DNA from: the human T2T-CHM13v2.0 reference genome, Homo sapiens
NCBI RefSeq assembly: GCF_009914755.1
Contig: NC_060927.1
Length of the DNA stretch: 64,000 bases
Reading direction: 5' to 3' (one strand)
In this document: piece by piece, positions 15,092 to 30,085 of the stretch
How positions within the stretch are numbered: the stretch's first letter is position 1
How the letters are laid out: the number at the start of each line of letters is the position of its first letter
Translations under genes and position numbers: made by a program
Notes under the pieces: generated by a model
Told to the model about the DNA's origin: nothing
Database searches by the model: none
Seen by the model: the letters and a program-made list of their open reading frames with translations, nothing else

Positions 15092-16356
15092 GAAGGAAAA
15101 CAAGGTAACTGCTTACAGGGACCACAGGTCTCTGGTATCACAGTGTAAAGTTACCCCATCAAGAGAAGATTGGCAGGGCTTGGCATTCTAAGAAAGAGTG
15201 ATTAACACTGAGAGAACTTAACCCTCCCCAGAAGAACTGACACTCCCTTTAGGCAGAGGGGAGAATCAAGGATACCTGAATGCTAACAAGGACGTCCCAT
15301 AAAACTGGAACTATCACTACCTGGTGTTGATATTGTCTGCCTTAAATAGTTCACTAGTAGAGAAAGGAATTCACCAAGAGGAAGGCCTTACAGGACTGCA
15401 CATAAACACTTGCCGCATAAAATCAGGAAACACTTCACTAATGCACTACTGGATAAAGCAAATTGCTCATTAAAATGAGACTCATCAGGGTAAAAAATGG
15501 GAATGCTAAACTGGCCTGGAAATGAAGTTATTTACCATTTTGTTTGAAAGGCGGGACAGAAGAAAAATGTGTAAACCTATTCGAGTCATGCAGTTGGAAT
15601 CTGGTTACTCTGTTTAGATGTTCATGTCACAGAATCAGCTCAAGAATTTCTTGAGAAAAATAAAATAGGGTTCACTTCAAACAACACCTTCCACCTGCCT
15701 TCTGGAGTGCACTAGGCTTTTCAGAGGTACACTCAGCCTCACAGAATCACGTATCCATGATGGGCCAACTACACAGATAAAGTTCTCCTTCTTGGTAAGC
15801 TCCAGTCGCCGTTCAACTTTCTAAGACAGAATAAAATAAGTGAGAACCCATTCGTGTAAAGCTGAAATTTCACCAGGTGTCTTCAGCCAAAACCTCCGTA
15901 GAATTTAAAAATCAGTGAAGATGTGAGAGGGAAATCATTGCATCTATGTTAGAAATCTGGACTTGACTCAGAAGAAATTCCGTGTAACTCCATTGTATTC
16001 TAGTCATCCGATGAAGGAAAATTCAAACCAGCCACCGCCTTCAACATGTTTTTTATTTGTGTGTGATGTAGCTTCATCTGGTCCAGATTAAGGACCGCCA
16101 CATATATATTGCTGACTTGAGTTTACTGCTGAACTTGGCCTAGCAGGCTGGTCACCCCAGGTCTTCTCTCGAAAACCAATGCTATGCCAAAGACAGCACC
16201 ATGTATAAAACCACCTCCTACGCCCCATCAATCAACCAAATGTGCATTTTCACATGGAAGGTGCCTGCCTGCAAGGCCAGCAAATGACTTAAACCTTGGC
16301 AGGAAAGCCTCTCCTCTCTGTGATTGTCATTCTCAGACCTCCGAACTTGTCAAGGA

Positions 16357-16687
<331 letters not shown>

Positions 16688-17273
16688 TCACCTTTGGAAA
16701 ACAGCTCACACCTACCACATGGCTATGGGTTCAGGAAAATTCAGGGCCCTGCTGGCAGGGAAGACATCCCACACTAAGGAGCTGTATGCAACAGGCTCTC
16801 CCAATTGCCTGACATGAATGGTGATGCTGAGATTCTCTGGGCTGGGGTCTCTCCCCAGGAGATATGAAGATAACTATAACAACTTCTACCTCACGGGGTG
16901 TTGTACTTTCAATTAATGCCTGTACCATGCTTTGTGGTCCCTGAATTAAAGGCACTGTTTAATGAAAGCAAGAAAGCAGCTACCAGGGTAACTATCATGA
17001 CTGCGTCTTGACCCCAAACACAGCACAGTTCAATTAATCATGTCCTGGAGGTTTTGTCTGGCTACTCTTGGTTCTTGGCTAGGACCAAGAACAGCACCTG
17101 CAGAGGCATATATTTTGTAATAACGGAAGTATGGATGCTGGCCAAGAGGAAGACACTGGCAAGAGGGGATCCAGCCTGAACAGGATTGAGAGGTGGCATC
17201 AAATATACATTTCTGCAAAGGCTGAGTGTCCAGTTTACCAATCTGTAAATGAGGTACACTAATTAAGAAAACA

Positions 17274-17557
17274 GGCTACACATGGTGGCTCACGCTTCTA
17301 TCCCAGCACTTTGGGAGGCCAAGGCAGGAGGACTGCTTAAGCTCAGGAGTTCAAGACCAACCTGGGCAACATAGGGAGACGCCATCTCTACAAGAAATTT
17401 AAAAATTAGCTGGGCGTGATGGCACATGCTGTGGTCCCAGCTACTTGGGAGTTGAAGTGGGCGGATCAACTGAGCCCGGGAGACGGAGGTTGCAGTGAGC
17501 CATAATCGTATCACTGCACTCCAGCCTGGGCGACAGAACGAGATCCTGTCTCAAAAA
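17274..17557 (+). mobile_element. AluJ-like
   Basis: J-type ggaggactgcttaagctcagg and cctgggcaacatag, with a short tail. Confidence 0.9.
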
Positions 17558-18169
17558 GAAGGAAAACAAGGTAACTGCCTACCGGTCTGCAAGTCGGGAG
17601 CAGGTGACCAGCATCCCCAGAGAATGCCCTGCTCCCCACAGTGCGGGGCTCTCGGCTCACTGCCAAAGTCAGCGACCTCCAAAGAGGGCCCCAGAGATGT
17701 CTCCTTAAAGGCCCCACACAAGTTGGAGTGCTCTCCTGAGAGGGGGAAGGTGAATCAGAGGCCAAGTTACTACTGTTCCATGCTCAGCCTCTTTGGGAGT
17801 TGACTGGAGCCAGGGTTCCTCTGGCTCCTGGGAGTTGGGAAGTCAAGAAGCCAAATAGCAAGATGCCCTCCCCCCGACCTGGCACTTTCAAAAAACAGCC
17901 CTTCTCCATAGGCACTGCCAAGAAGCAAGCTGGCCTCTGCTCTACCCTTTTCACCCCCAAGGTGAGGGGATGACTGAAGACAAGTGGCCTCTCTGATTTC
18001 CGCTCAACAGTCACTTCCTCAGGGAAGCCGAGGCCCTTGACTAGCCATTACAAAGGTGGCACACACAGAGGACTGACTTTGTGGCAAGCAGGGGACTAAG
18101 CAGAAGTGGGAAACCAGACTTCCCCAAGTCTAGTCTCCAAACTGCCCCCCTTCCCCTTACATAACCTCA

Positions 18170-18290
18170 TAGGAGCTACTTGACATCTAACCCTTAGTTT
18201 CCTCATCTGTAAAATGGAGACTGTAGCACCTGCCTCATAGGGTTTTCTACCATGTGTGGATCCAGTGAGCTATTGTAAGCACTTAGAAGA
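18170..18290 (+). mobile_element. MIR fragment
   Basis: gtttcctcatctgtaaaatgg core. Confidence 0.7.
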
Positions 18291-18302
18291 TGGCCAGGCT
18301 AA

Positions 18303-18602
<300 letters not shown>

Positions 18603-18604
<2 letters not shown>

Positions 18605-18630
18605 GAAGAAGAAGAAGAAGAAGAAGAAGA
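18603..18630 (+). repeat. (GAA)8-9 microsatellite at the Alu tail
   Basis: Read directly. Confidence 0.9.
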
Positions 18631-18659
18631 GGGCCAGGCTAGAATTGTCATCTTCTTCA

Positions 18660-18790
18660 TAACAATGCTATGAAGTGGAGACTAATATGATCTCCACTCA
18701 GCAGATGGGAAAACTGAGGCACTGGGTGCTTAAGGAATTTGCTTAAGATGGAACAGCCAGGACGTGGTCTAACCTAAGCCGTCTAACTCC
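18660..18790 (-). mobile_element. MIR fragment
   Basis: cagatgggaaaactgaggcac core. Confidence 0.65.
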
Positions 18791-18992
18791 CTGCTCTGTG
18801 AAATCTAACCTTGTGCACGTCCCACAGCCTCTGTTTTACATCACTGAAGATGGCACTGAAACCTCACGTTTATTCATGCAATGCTCCACAAGGGCAGGGT
18901 CCGTGCTTGGTTTCACTCATTGTTGTCTTAGCACAGTGGAGGTGCTCTAAGAGTTTAAAAAAAGAGCAAATCCATCTTTCCATCCATCTAAG

Positions 18993-19336
18993 CTAGGGGT
19001 CCTTAACCCCCAGGCCACAGACACGTACCAGCCCATGGCCCGTTAGGAAACCGGATGCACAAGAAGTGAGCAGAGGGCAAGCAAGCATTACAGCCTGAGC
19101 TCCGCCTCCTGTCACATCAGCAGCGGCATTGGATTCTCACAGGAGGGCGAACCCTATTGTGAACTGTGCATGTGAGGGATCTAGGTTGTGCACTCCTTAT
19201 GAGAACCTAACTAATGCCTGATGATCTGAGGTGGAACAGTTTCATCTGGAAACCACTACCCCCAACCCCTCGCATCCATGGAAAAACTGTCTTCCATGAA
19301 ACAAGTCCCCGGTGCCAAAAAGGTTGGGGACCATTG
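18993..19336 (+). mobile_element. MER1B (hAT-Charlie)
   Basis: Termini aggggtcc...ggttggggacc, internal cctgagctccgcctcctgtca...ccttatgagaa, about 340 bp. Confidence 0.85.
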
Positions 19337-20384
19337 ATCTAAGCAACATGCTGGACAGATAAAACGAAACACTTATAAAGCTGGCAACCAGGCACAAGTG
19401 CGTACAGACCCCTTGGAAACAGATGCCAGCCCATCCTAAGCCTGCCCCAGACCTTTCAAGGACGCTTCCTCTGCCTTCTCTCCACCACTGACTGCTGCTC
19501 GACAGTACCCAACCTCTCTGCTTTCCTGGCCTGCCCTTATTTTTGTCTTGGGGCTGGAAAAAATCTGAACAGGCGAGCTGCTAACTTTTCTCCAGAAAAC
19601 AACTTTCCCCAGCTATTTGTCAACTTCTGTCATTCAAAGGGATACAACACAAATGTATATCTTTAATGAAATTCACAGTCAAGGAAAGTTGTCATCATCT
19701 AGTTATATCTGTTATGACATACATTTCATTTTGTTCAATACATAACAGAGAAGCTATTTAATCAAACAGAAGATTCTTGCTAAAATGACAGTCCAAGCAA
19801 TGTCCAAACAAGCGTTTATTATGCTATGCGAATCTGATCGGGATTGGATTGTTTTCAGCGGAATTTTTTTTTCCTTCCTCTTCCATTGAGAAAATAGCTT
19901 AGGGGGTGGGTGCAGAAAACAACACTGGACAATGGAGGCGGAGTCTGATGCTGACTCAGCGCTGAGTGCAGGGACGTGAGCCCCACCCCAGAGTTTACAG
20001 GGAGAAAGTAGAAAGATATATCCGACCATCGGGAAGGTCACAAAGAGCACTGCCTAGGGCAGGGGGTTGCATCTTCCCTCTCCTTACCATATAGTTCTAC
20101 ATGAGAGACGCAGGTACAAGCTCTAAACACAGACACATGCCAGGAATGATGACATCTGTGTTTCTCAAGTGATACTTATCCTTGGATACGTTTTGTTTGT
20201 CTTTACAATTTAATGAACACTTAGCTTCAATGGGAAAACTCATGTTACTGCAGGAGAATTTAGTGGGTTGGGGAGCCAGCCCAAGGCCAGAAAAACAAAA
20301 AGAAAAAAATGCTGAAGGAGGTGACTGGGTACTTGGGCTTTGGGCACCACAGATGTTGCGAGCTTGAGAAAAAGGAAACATTAT

Positions 20385-20535
20385 TATATGTGTGTGTACG
20401 TGTGTGTGTATGTATGTGTATATAACAAACATACACGTATATATACATACACGTACATGCATACATACTTATGCCTATGCACATACATATATATACACAT
20501 ACATATATACATACACACACATATATACCTATATA
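20385..20535. repeat. Compound (TG)/(TA)/(CA) alternating purine-pyrimidine tract
   Basis: Read directly. Confidence 0.85.
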
Positions 20536-21014
20536 CCAGTAACGTTCAGAGGATGATAAATTTCTTCCTTCTGCTTCATTCACCACACAGTACCTGGAAC
20601 GAAGTAGGATTTCAGCAAAGAATTGTTGGATGATTGGATGGGTAGATGGATGAAAAGACAAGTTAATAGAAGGATACATGGGTAGGTGGGTGGGTGGTGG
20701 ACAAATGGAATCTCCCCAAAAAGAAATGACTGATGAAAATGATTTTAATACATTATTCTAAGACACGGCGGCCCTTTATCCAGGGACTTCCTCCTTACTA
20801 TTGTTCAAGGTGTGTCCTCAGCCATGCCACGACAGCTCTTGTATTAAAGGAAGAAAACGTCTTTATAAGATAGTTGGGGGTAGCCTGTGGCTAAAAAAAC
20901 TTTCCTTTTCCTGAGCCAGGTTAATTGGTCACCATGGCAACAATGACAAAGACTGCCAATTAGCCCAAAACTTTATATTACTATGCTAATCTTCTAAGTA
21001 AATGAGGGATGGTG

Positions 21015-21190
21015 GAGCCCAGTAATTCTCATACTGAAAGACTTGTTAAAACAAAGATCGTTGGATCTCCCTCTTTGAGTTTCTGATTCAGGAGGTCTGG
21101 AATAGGACCCATGAACGCACTTCTACCAAATTTCCAGATGATGCTGATGCTGCAGTACAGGGACCGTGCTTTGTGAGCCACCAATCCTGA
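21015..21190. mobile_element. MER5-family DNA transposon
   Basis: gtttctgattcaggaggtctgg...gatgatgctgatgctgc motifs. Confidence 0.6.
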
Positions 21191-23464
21191 CAATCTACAA
21201 GGTTCCACAGATTCCAATATGTTACAAGTCTATTCATGATCTACCAAAACTCTTCTTAGCTGAATGGACTTGGAAAAGTAGATCCACCCTTATTTAAGGT
21301 ACCATAAAGGGTCACAGCATTGTTAAATATAAGATCAAGATACCTGATCATTCCAACAGTCCTCATTAGGTGGGATTTTTAATCCTTGGAGAAGCAATGT
21401 TTTTTTTTTTCTTTCACATTCCTGTATTCATTTTTGGTGAGATAAAAATACCTGTCCAAACATTTGAAAAAATGAATTTCAAAAATTCAATCACGATATG
21501 ATGACATAAATTGAACTCAGGAGTCTGTAAGAAATTTCCAAAGGGTCATCTAAGTCATTGCTTGGCTTCAAAAAGGATTTGCAAATCAGCCACCAAATGT
21601 CAATAAGTATGCCTGATTGACGTGAAGGTGAAGGACCCCAACATTTCTCCTTGGTGTGACTGTCCTGTTCCAGAGTCGGGCTACCTTGAAAGACTCTTGC
21701 CATGTTCTCACATCACACAGGGATCTCACCTGCTCTTCGACACGTGATACCTTTCTAATGTTAGGTCTCTGGAGAACAGCGGGGTGAACAGCCCCTTGCT
21801 TACAATTCCTTTTGTTATGTATAAAGACATTAAAACTCCCACCCACCCCCAAACCAGGCTTCTCCTCTATATGTTACGTAGTTTCCATTCCTTTAACCGT
21901 TCTAAAAAGATCCCATTCACCACCCTTTCATCATTGCCATGGATCACCTCTACAGCCTTTCCCAAATCCCTACCCTTTCCTTGTTTTCCCCCTGGGGCCT
22001 GGACAAGTCACTGGCCGTGACTCTTTCATGGACTCTCATTAATACATCCTGAATCATGTGAGGCTTTTAAGAACAGCACTTCACTGCTGACACAAGCATC
22101 AGTGTGAAAGGAGAAGCACCAGACAACTCCACTTGACTGAAGATCTGAAAGAGAAAAACGAGCAGGACCACGTTGGCATGTGGGTGCTTGAGCAAGACAC
22201 AAAAGATATCTCAGGAGTCACTCTCCTGAATGAGAATTTGGACCCAGGGATGTTTGAGGCCTGTCGAATACTTCCAACTCAGAGCAATTCCACCGGCGCT
22301 GGGTGTTGCCTTGTAAATGGCAATATCCAAATCAGAGAGGAAATGACAGTGCATTCCAAGCAAAATGGCACACATTTAGACTGACTAAGAAAATAACAAT
22401 AAAAGTGCAAATTTATTCTGCATGTGTGATCATGATTATCATTACATCAAGTTCCATATATGCCCAGCCAGAATAAATATTAACCCATTTTATAAATGAC
22501 TTTATACTGCATTTGTGGATACAGCTCCACCCAAACCCAAAACAACACTGTTTCCATAGTAACCAACAGATTTCAAAGAAGGAAAAAGGAGGGGAAGACT
22601 TCAGAACGGATAGCAATCAAATAAAATAGCCAGCATCAACAAAATATGTCAGCATTATTTAAAACACACAGGACCATTCTATAGTTTAATCTCTTTCCCA
22701 GAAAACCACCCCTTCTAAGTCACCTTCTTGTAAAGCCAGTCTTCCCTCAAACAAACAGTTGCAAAATTGTTTCCATTTTAATTGAGGAAAGAAGCAAATT
22801 TCTTGAGTCATTCCTGGGATCCAAATGGGAGTATGATGAAGAAAATAACATCTACTAAGTGACTTAGCCCACACAGAAATTCACATTGATTACCAACTGG
22901 TAATTATGAAATCTTAGCTGGGCTTTGATGATCATATTAGAGTGTCCATTTCCTTGCTGAATGTAATGAGGGAGGAAAAGAAGCAAAAGCCAAAATGGAA
23001 AGCCAGGGAGCTAAAAACCGTAAAAGCTGCAGACCACCCTCAACTGAAAGCCCGATTTTTCACTGGAACTTTCTCAAATATCAGTTCCCCCCCAGTGAAT
23101 TTTGCACACAGATGATGTGCAGTAGCTCTCCACATCCCTGCAAGTTCTTTGGTCTTATGCCTATAGATAAAATTCAAAGCAACACCTATAGGCAGCATCC
23201 TGTCTGTAGGACAGAAATGGCCTCATGTGGGGTAATCTATGAACTCTAAAAACTCACAGCCCTGGTGATCTCTCTCTCCTCTCGCTTTCCAACTGCCTCC
23301 TGATTTCAAAATATTGCAGATAAAATAAAATAAAATATTAATAAAATAAAATTAATAAAAATAAAATATTCATAAAACATAAAAAAGGAATTTTGAGTCT
23401 CTAGCTCCTACTGTCCTTTGGAAAGAAGTTCTAAAGTAATTTATTAATGTGTTCTCTCCTACAT

Positions 23465-23660
23465 TCTAGCTGTGTGACCGTGGGTAAGTTATTTAACATC
23501 TCCTTAACCTTCCTGAGCCTGTTTCTTCATCTGTAAAACAGGAATAATAACAGTATCTACCACATAGAGTTGTTATACAGATAAAATCAGTTAATTTGTA
23601 CAAAGAGCTTAGTGGAATACCTAATACACAGCTAAGAGAATGTGTGTTACTATTATTGTT
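23465..23660 (+). mobile_element. MIR
   Basis: tagctgtgtgacc...ctgagcctgtttcttcatctgtaaaacaggaataataa. Confidence 0.8.
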
Positions 23661-23736
23661 GTTATTCATAAGTAATTCTTCTTTCTTAATGACTTGAGTC
23701 AAATCCTAATGGCTTTCCTTAAAAAACAACGTTTGA

Positions 23737-24045
23737 GGCCGGTGCGGTGGCTCACGCCTTTAATCCCAGCACTTTGGGAGGCTGAGGAGGGCAGATTGCC
23801 TGAGCTCAGGAGTTCAAGACCAGTCTGGGCAACATGGTGAACCGCGTCTCCACCAAAAATACAAAAAATTAGCCAGACGTGGTGTGCGCTCCTGTAGTCC
23901 CAGCTATTTGGGAGGCTGAGGCACGAGAATTGCTTGAACCCGGAGGCAGAGGTTGCAATGAGCAGATATCACACCACTGCCCTCCAGCCTGGGCAACAGA
24001 GCAACACTTCTGTCTCCAGAAAAAAAGAAAAGAAAAGAAAAGAAA
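23737..24045 (+). mobile_element. AluS
   Basis: Full dimer with a (GAAAA)n tail. Confidence 0.93.
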
Positions 24046-24124
24046 ACACTGAATATTGCAGAGAGAAATACTGCTGAACTAGGAGATCTCATAAACTTCA
24101 ACTATTCAGTGTATCAACTAGTCT

Positions 24125-24360
24125 TGAATGGCATAAGCTTCTGAGACAGACAGAACTGGATTTGAATGGTACTTGCACCCACGTGACCATGAGTCTGTGC
24201 CTTAACCTTCCTAAGCCTCAGCTTCCTACCTCTACAATGGGAGCAGTTAGAGAGTGACCACCTAAAGACTTGTGGCAAGGGTAAGTGGGATAATCCCTGT
24301 ATAGCATTTCACAAAGAATCTGCTACATTAAATATTAAATACATGTTCACCATTATTATT
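24125..24360 (+). mobile_element. MIR
   Basis: gtgacc...cttaacc...aagcctcagcttcct...tacaatggg. Confidence 0.65.
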
Positions 24361-26179
24361 CTGTTTCCTTGCTTGGACAAAACATTGATTCAACAACTAT
24401 TTACTGCATCCTACTGTGTGCTAGATGGTTACAAAAATTGACATGGTCTGTGCTCTTATGAGGTTTACACCCCAAAGGGGAAAAGTTTACATTGAATAAA
24501 CATACACAAATACACATATTTAATTATATATATAAATTATATAGTATAATAAGTACACTTTTATGTTTATTATATGTTATAGTAAACATACACCAAAAAT
24601 TAATTATATGTATATAATTATAAACTTTGACAAGTGTTATAAAGGAAAAGAACAGGGCGAAATAACTGAGGTTTGTCAATGGGAATATTAGGTCACACTT
24701 TTCAGATTTTTCTACTGTACCCAATATAACACAAAAATGGTATATCCCACCAATAATCACCCAGAGTACAAACGAATGTTTTGAGTATACACCTTCTAGT
24801 CATTCCACAAAGGATTCAAAACAACTGCAGGGCCTTCCTTTTAGGCAAAACTATAACAATGTTCCATTCTTTTCAACTCAGATGGAACACAGGCTAAGTT
24901 TACGTTTATAGCGGACATGCAAATTGAATACTCAAGTGATAGAAAAGAAAAAAAAAGGTAGAAATGAGACAGTCCACCCTGAAAGCCATACCTTCAAGGA
25001 CCCCACATGTTTTGTTACTGTGTCACTTTATGAATCACCAATATCTTAAGAATCATATAATCCTGGAATACAGCGGCAGCTTTACCACGTTCCCAGGTGA
25101 ATAAAATGATAACTCCATGTTCTGATGATTCAAAGTGGTTCCATCTGAGCAGACCAAGAAAGACCCGGCAGCATAACACCAGGTGACTCCCAGGTTTAAA
25201 GATTTATCTGAATTTGTTCTACAGCCCTACTGGGAGAGGTTCCCTGTACTTCTTCCTCCAGTTTGCCTAATGGTAGAAGATGGCCAAATGTAATTACATT
25301 TACATTTTATTATGAAGTCAGTGAGTCACTAAAAGTCGATGCTAGAAGGTACGTTTTATAGTTTTTCATTATGTTTTGTGTGCTTCATTGCCTTTAGGGT
25401 CATATTTTTGTTGGGGGAGGAGTTATAAGTAAGGAATTCTTATTTTGCAGAGGACATACCTTTTTGTCAGGGTGTTTGTTTTTACCTCCTCAGGACCACT
25501 CTCACCCTGGATTATGTGAATTCCCCTATTTAACTGTGTTCCATCATTCTTGGTAAGGAATAAAGATTTAGACTTTCAAGACAGAAGGTACAGAACTGTT
25601 CATACCCAATAAACACTCGACACAAACCATACAAAAATGATTGACCAAAAAATGAAAAATCTTATGGGTCCGAGAGGATTCAGTAGAAGTTCTGAAAATA
25701 TGTAAAATCATACTTTTCCTTTTTTTTTTTCTATGCTACATTTTAAATTACATTCTTCAAGTCATATTTTGGGTGTCGGTTCCACTTGCTCTGATACACG
25801 CTATTTCACTTCAATGAAGTAAATGATGCCAACCCTGAGGGAAGACCTCTTCTTATTCTGCCCAGCATCTGGGACTTTGAAACCAGCCCAGAACTCCAAC
25901 AGGAAACCCCAGTCCAGAAAACAAATAATAAAGAGAATCCAAGCTCCCATTTTACTCCTAACAAGGCATTTTGTTAATTTTAACTATTCTAGTCCATAAG
26001 AGAAGTAGATTAGAATAATGGAAACGCTAGTTGGTTTTTCCCCCAAAGTGAGAACAGAGAAAACTAGTCTACATATTAACCCCACTTATTCAAACTCCCC
26101 AAGATATGTCTAGCTCTGCAGCTGCCATTTATGGTGTGCTCCAACCACATGCAGGCATTGCACTCCAGGGCACCTTCAA

Positions 26180-26550
26180 TTAGTTAGTCCTTATGATGAC
26201 ACAGTAAGAGGGATTTTTTTAAATTTCAACTTCTCAGATGGGGAACCAAGGCTCAGTATGGCAAAATAACTTATGAAAGGGCCAGACAGCTAAAAAATAA
26301 CTGAACTAAGATTTGAACACATAGCCTAGCACTAGAGCCTGTGTCTGTAACCACTACACTCCATTAGACAAACACTGGTCTCCATTTTAGGTAACAGAAT
26401 AACATCACGTGCATAGCTCATTTAATCTCACAGGAGCTCTCTGTGGAGTATACTATTATTTAACAGAGGAAGATAAAAAGAGATGCAACTGGATGGAATA
26501 ATTTACCTCGGTACATACAGCTAGGAAATGGCAGAACTAGGATTTTAAGT
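26180..26550 (-). mobile_element. MIR fragments (two)
   Basis: cagatggggaaccaaggctcag...gatttgaac and ctcatttaatctcaca...acagctaggaaatggcagaactaggatt. Confidence 0.6.
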
Positions 26551-27700
26551 GAGACCCTAAATTGTGGGTCAGCAAACATTCTCCAGTACTATGGCCCAAT
26601 ATGCTCCCCTGAAATACACTCCACCTTTGGGCTGGTAGATAGGATCGATGTGAAAAAAAATGAAGGAACTGAGAGGAAGAAACAAAAATTTCCAACATTA
26701 GATCTTATTCAGAAGTGGCTCCCCTCATGTCATATGTCCTTCCTCTAAGCATTGTCAAAATATTGTCCCAAAATTTTGTGTATAGCCTTCTCACAAGTAA
26801 CAAAGTGGCAGGAAAAACCACCTATAACCCAAGGACCTGTTCTACAATGAAATGGCAGAGTCATAGATACAACTGATGTATAACTGCCCGCCACCTCCCC
26901 GCCACCACCCGCAAATGAAAGAAAGAGAACAAAAGGAAACCAAATCAAATGTCCAACAGAAGGAACATAGTTAACCAAATTATGGTTTAAACTGGTGATC
27001 CTCAATTGGGAGTTAGAAGGGGGTTGATATTAGGAGCTGTGTGGGAGCATTTTTGGTTGTCACAACGACCTGGGAGGCATCCTGCAAAATAAATACCCTG
27101 CAAGCTATGACACACACAAAAAGAACTGTTACATCTCTAATAGTGATGACGTCCTCATGGAGAAAGACAGTAATTAATTATGAAGCCCTACATGGGTGGG
27201 ACATGTCACCTGAAAGATACTGAACATGCCCTGGCACAGAGTAGGCACCTAATAATATCTGTGTAATGACTGGATGATCTATTACACCGTTCATAAAAGA
27301 TAATATGGCAATATGAAAATAGTTACGTTAGGAAAAGAAAGTAGGATAAAAAGTTATAAGCACAAGATAATTGCAACTATATATTTATTTAAATTCCAAA
27401 AAAGACTAGAAGGAAATACACTTAGATGTTTTATTGTTTCACAATAGCACGAGAATTAGTGGCTTTTCTCTCTGTGGCTTAAGCATAGTATAATTGATCA
27501 TGAAACAGTAAAAAACCTAAACCACATTTAACTGGCCAAAAGAGGACTAGAAAAGAAGAGTAGAGTGCAACCACTCCTGAATAAATGTGATCAAGAGAAA
27601 AGAACAAGAAGGTTTTTGAAGAAAGATAAATTATGACTGTCACCTGGGTATTTCTAGACAGATTTCTGACCCTCATCTCCAAATTCTGAGTACCCTAGTT

Positions 27701-28223
27701 CAGGGGTCCCCAGTCCCCGGGCCACAGACTGGTTTCCGTGGCCTGTTAGAAGCCAGGCTGCACAGCAGGAGGTCAGCGTCAGGCAAGCAAGTGAAGCTTC
27801 ATCTGTGTTTACAGCCGCTGCCCACAGCTCACATCACCACCTGAGCTCTGCCTCCTGTCACATAAGCAGTGGCATTAGCTTCTCATAGAAGCGTAAACCC
27901 TATTGTGAACTGCACATGTGAGGGATCAAAGTTGTGCACTCCTTATGAGAATCTAATGCCTGATGATCTGTCACTGTCTCCCATCAACCCCAGATGGGAC
28001 CATCTAGTTGCAGGAAAACAAGCTCAGGGCTCCCACTGATTCTATATTATGGTGAGTTGTATAATTACTTCATTATATAATACAAGGTAATAATAATGAA
28101 AATAAAGTGCAGAATAAATGTTATGTGCTTGAATCATCCTGAAACCATCCCCTCCTCTGGTCCATGGAAAAACCGTCTCCCATGATTCTGGTCCCTGGTG
28201 CCAACAAGGCTGGAGAACTGCTG
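27701..28223 (+). mobile_element. MER1A (hAT-Charlie)
   Basis: caggggtcccc start and ggtccctggtgccaa...gctg end, about 520 bp, homologous to the MER1B at 18993. Confidence 0.85.
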
Positions 28224-28838
28224 TAGTTTACAGGCCCTGCCCACTGAAGCCTTCCTCATGGAGTTTCCCATCTCTGTTATGCACACTGCCATCCGCTGTG
28301 TCAGGCAAGCTCAAGTCTGAAGTCATGATTTTCTCTTCTCCATCCTATGGCTCCCACCTGCAGGCAGCCCTCACATCCTCTCAGCCCTCACTACAATTCC
28401 TATTCCATCTCACCTTCCCCCCTGCTTCTATTTCCAATGCCATCCCCCAACCCAAGACCCTCCCTCTCTCCTGGATGCTAACCCCATGCCGTCCTATAAT
28501 TTCCTATCATGTGCAAGGAACACCCAAGCATTTTTATTAAGCAGGCTAAGATGCTCAAACTCCACGATTAAAATGCTCAGTGGAAGAAGGAGCAACTATA
28601 ATTTTTTAAGAAGTAATGATTAGCACAGAAAATACGTTTGGTCTCAAATATTCCCACCAAAATATACCTCCATGGCAATCGGGGAAAGGGAGAGGGTGGT
28701 AAATGTCAACCCATGAGAAAGGAAGGGTCTGGAGGCACAAATCAAAGGGGACCTAAGTAGGCAGGAAGTATCACTGAAAACCTTCAAAATCTTGCATTAT
28801 ACAACAGCATTAATTTGGCCATTTAAAATGTAAAAATG

Positions 28839-29202
<364 letters not shown>

Positions 29203-29577
29203 TCATGGAGATCCACCAGAATAAATTATTCTATGATTTGGGGATACCTTTACCACGTCAATGGGGTGCTAATGGTATACACATTCTGGTATGAAATGCA
29301 CAAGTCTACATGACAAAGTAGAACACAACCTCAAGAAAGCAGATTATCCGATAGCATTCAAAGTGAAACATCACTAGTGTGTTAAGTGACTCTTCAACTA
29401 GATATGTCAGTAAATGGTCCACACAATGGAAATGACTGAAAGTGGTTTTCTCCCAATCAGGTTATAATCCATGAGGGAATCTTTATGGATGTGTTGTGTT
29501 TATAGTGGATGAAAGGAATTAATTTAGAAAGAAATCTATCTCATATTTTCTTTTTTAAATATAAATTCATCAAGTTC

Positions 29578-30085
<508 letters not shown>

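Noticed and set aside
26885-26912. C-rich tract that could form an RNA G-quadruplex on the minus strand
   Set aside because: Only three runs of three or more G, so at best a weak two-tier structure.
18993-28223. Similarity between 18993-19336 and 27701-28223
   Set aside because: Explained by independent MER1B and MER1A insertions, not a local duplication.
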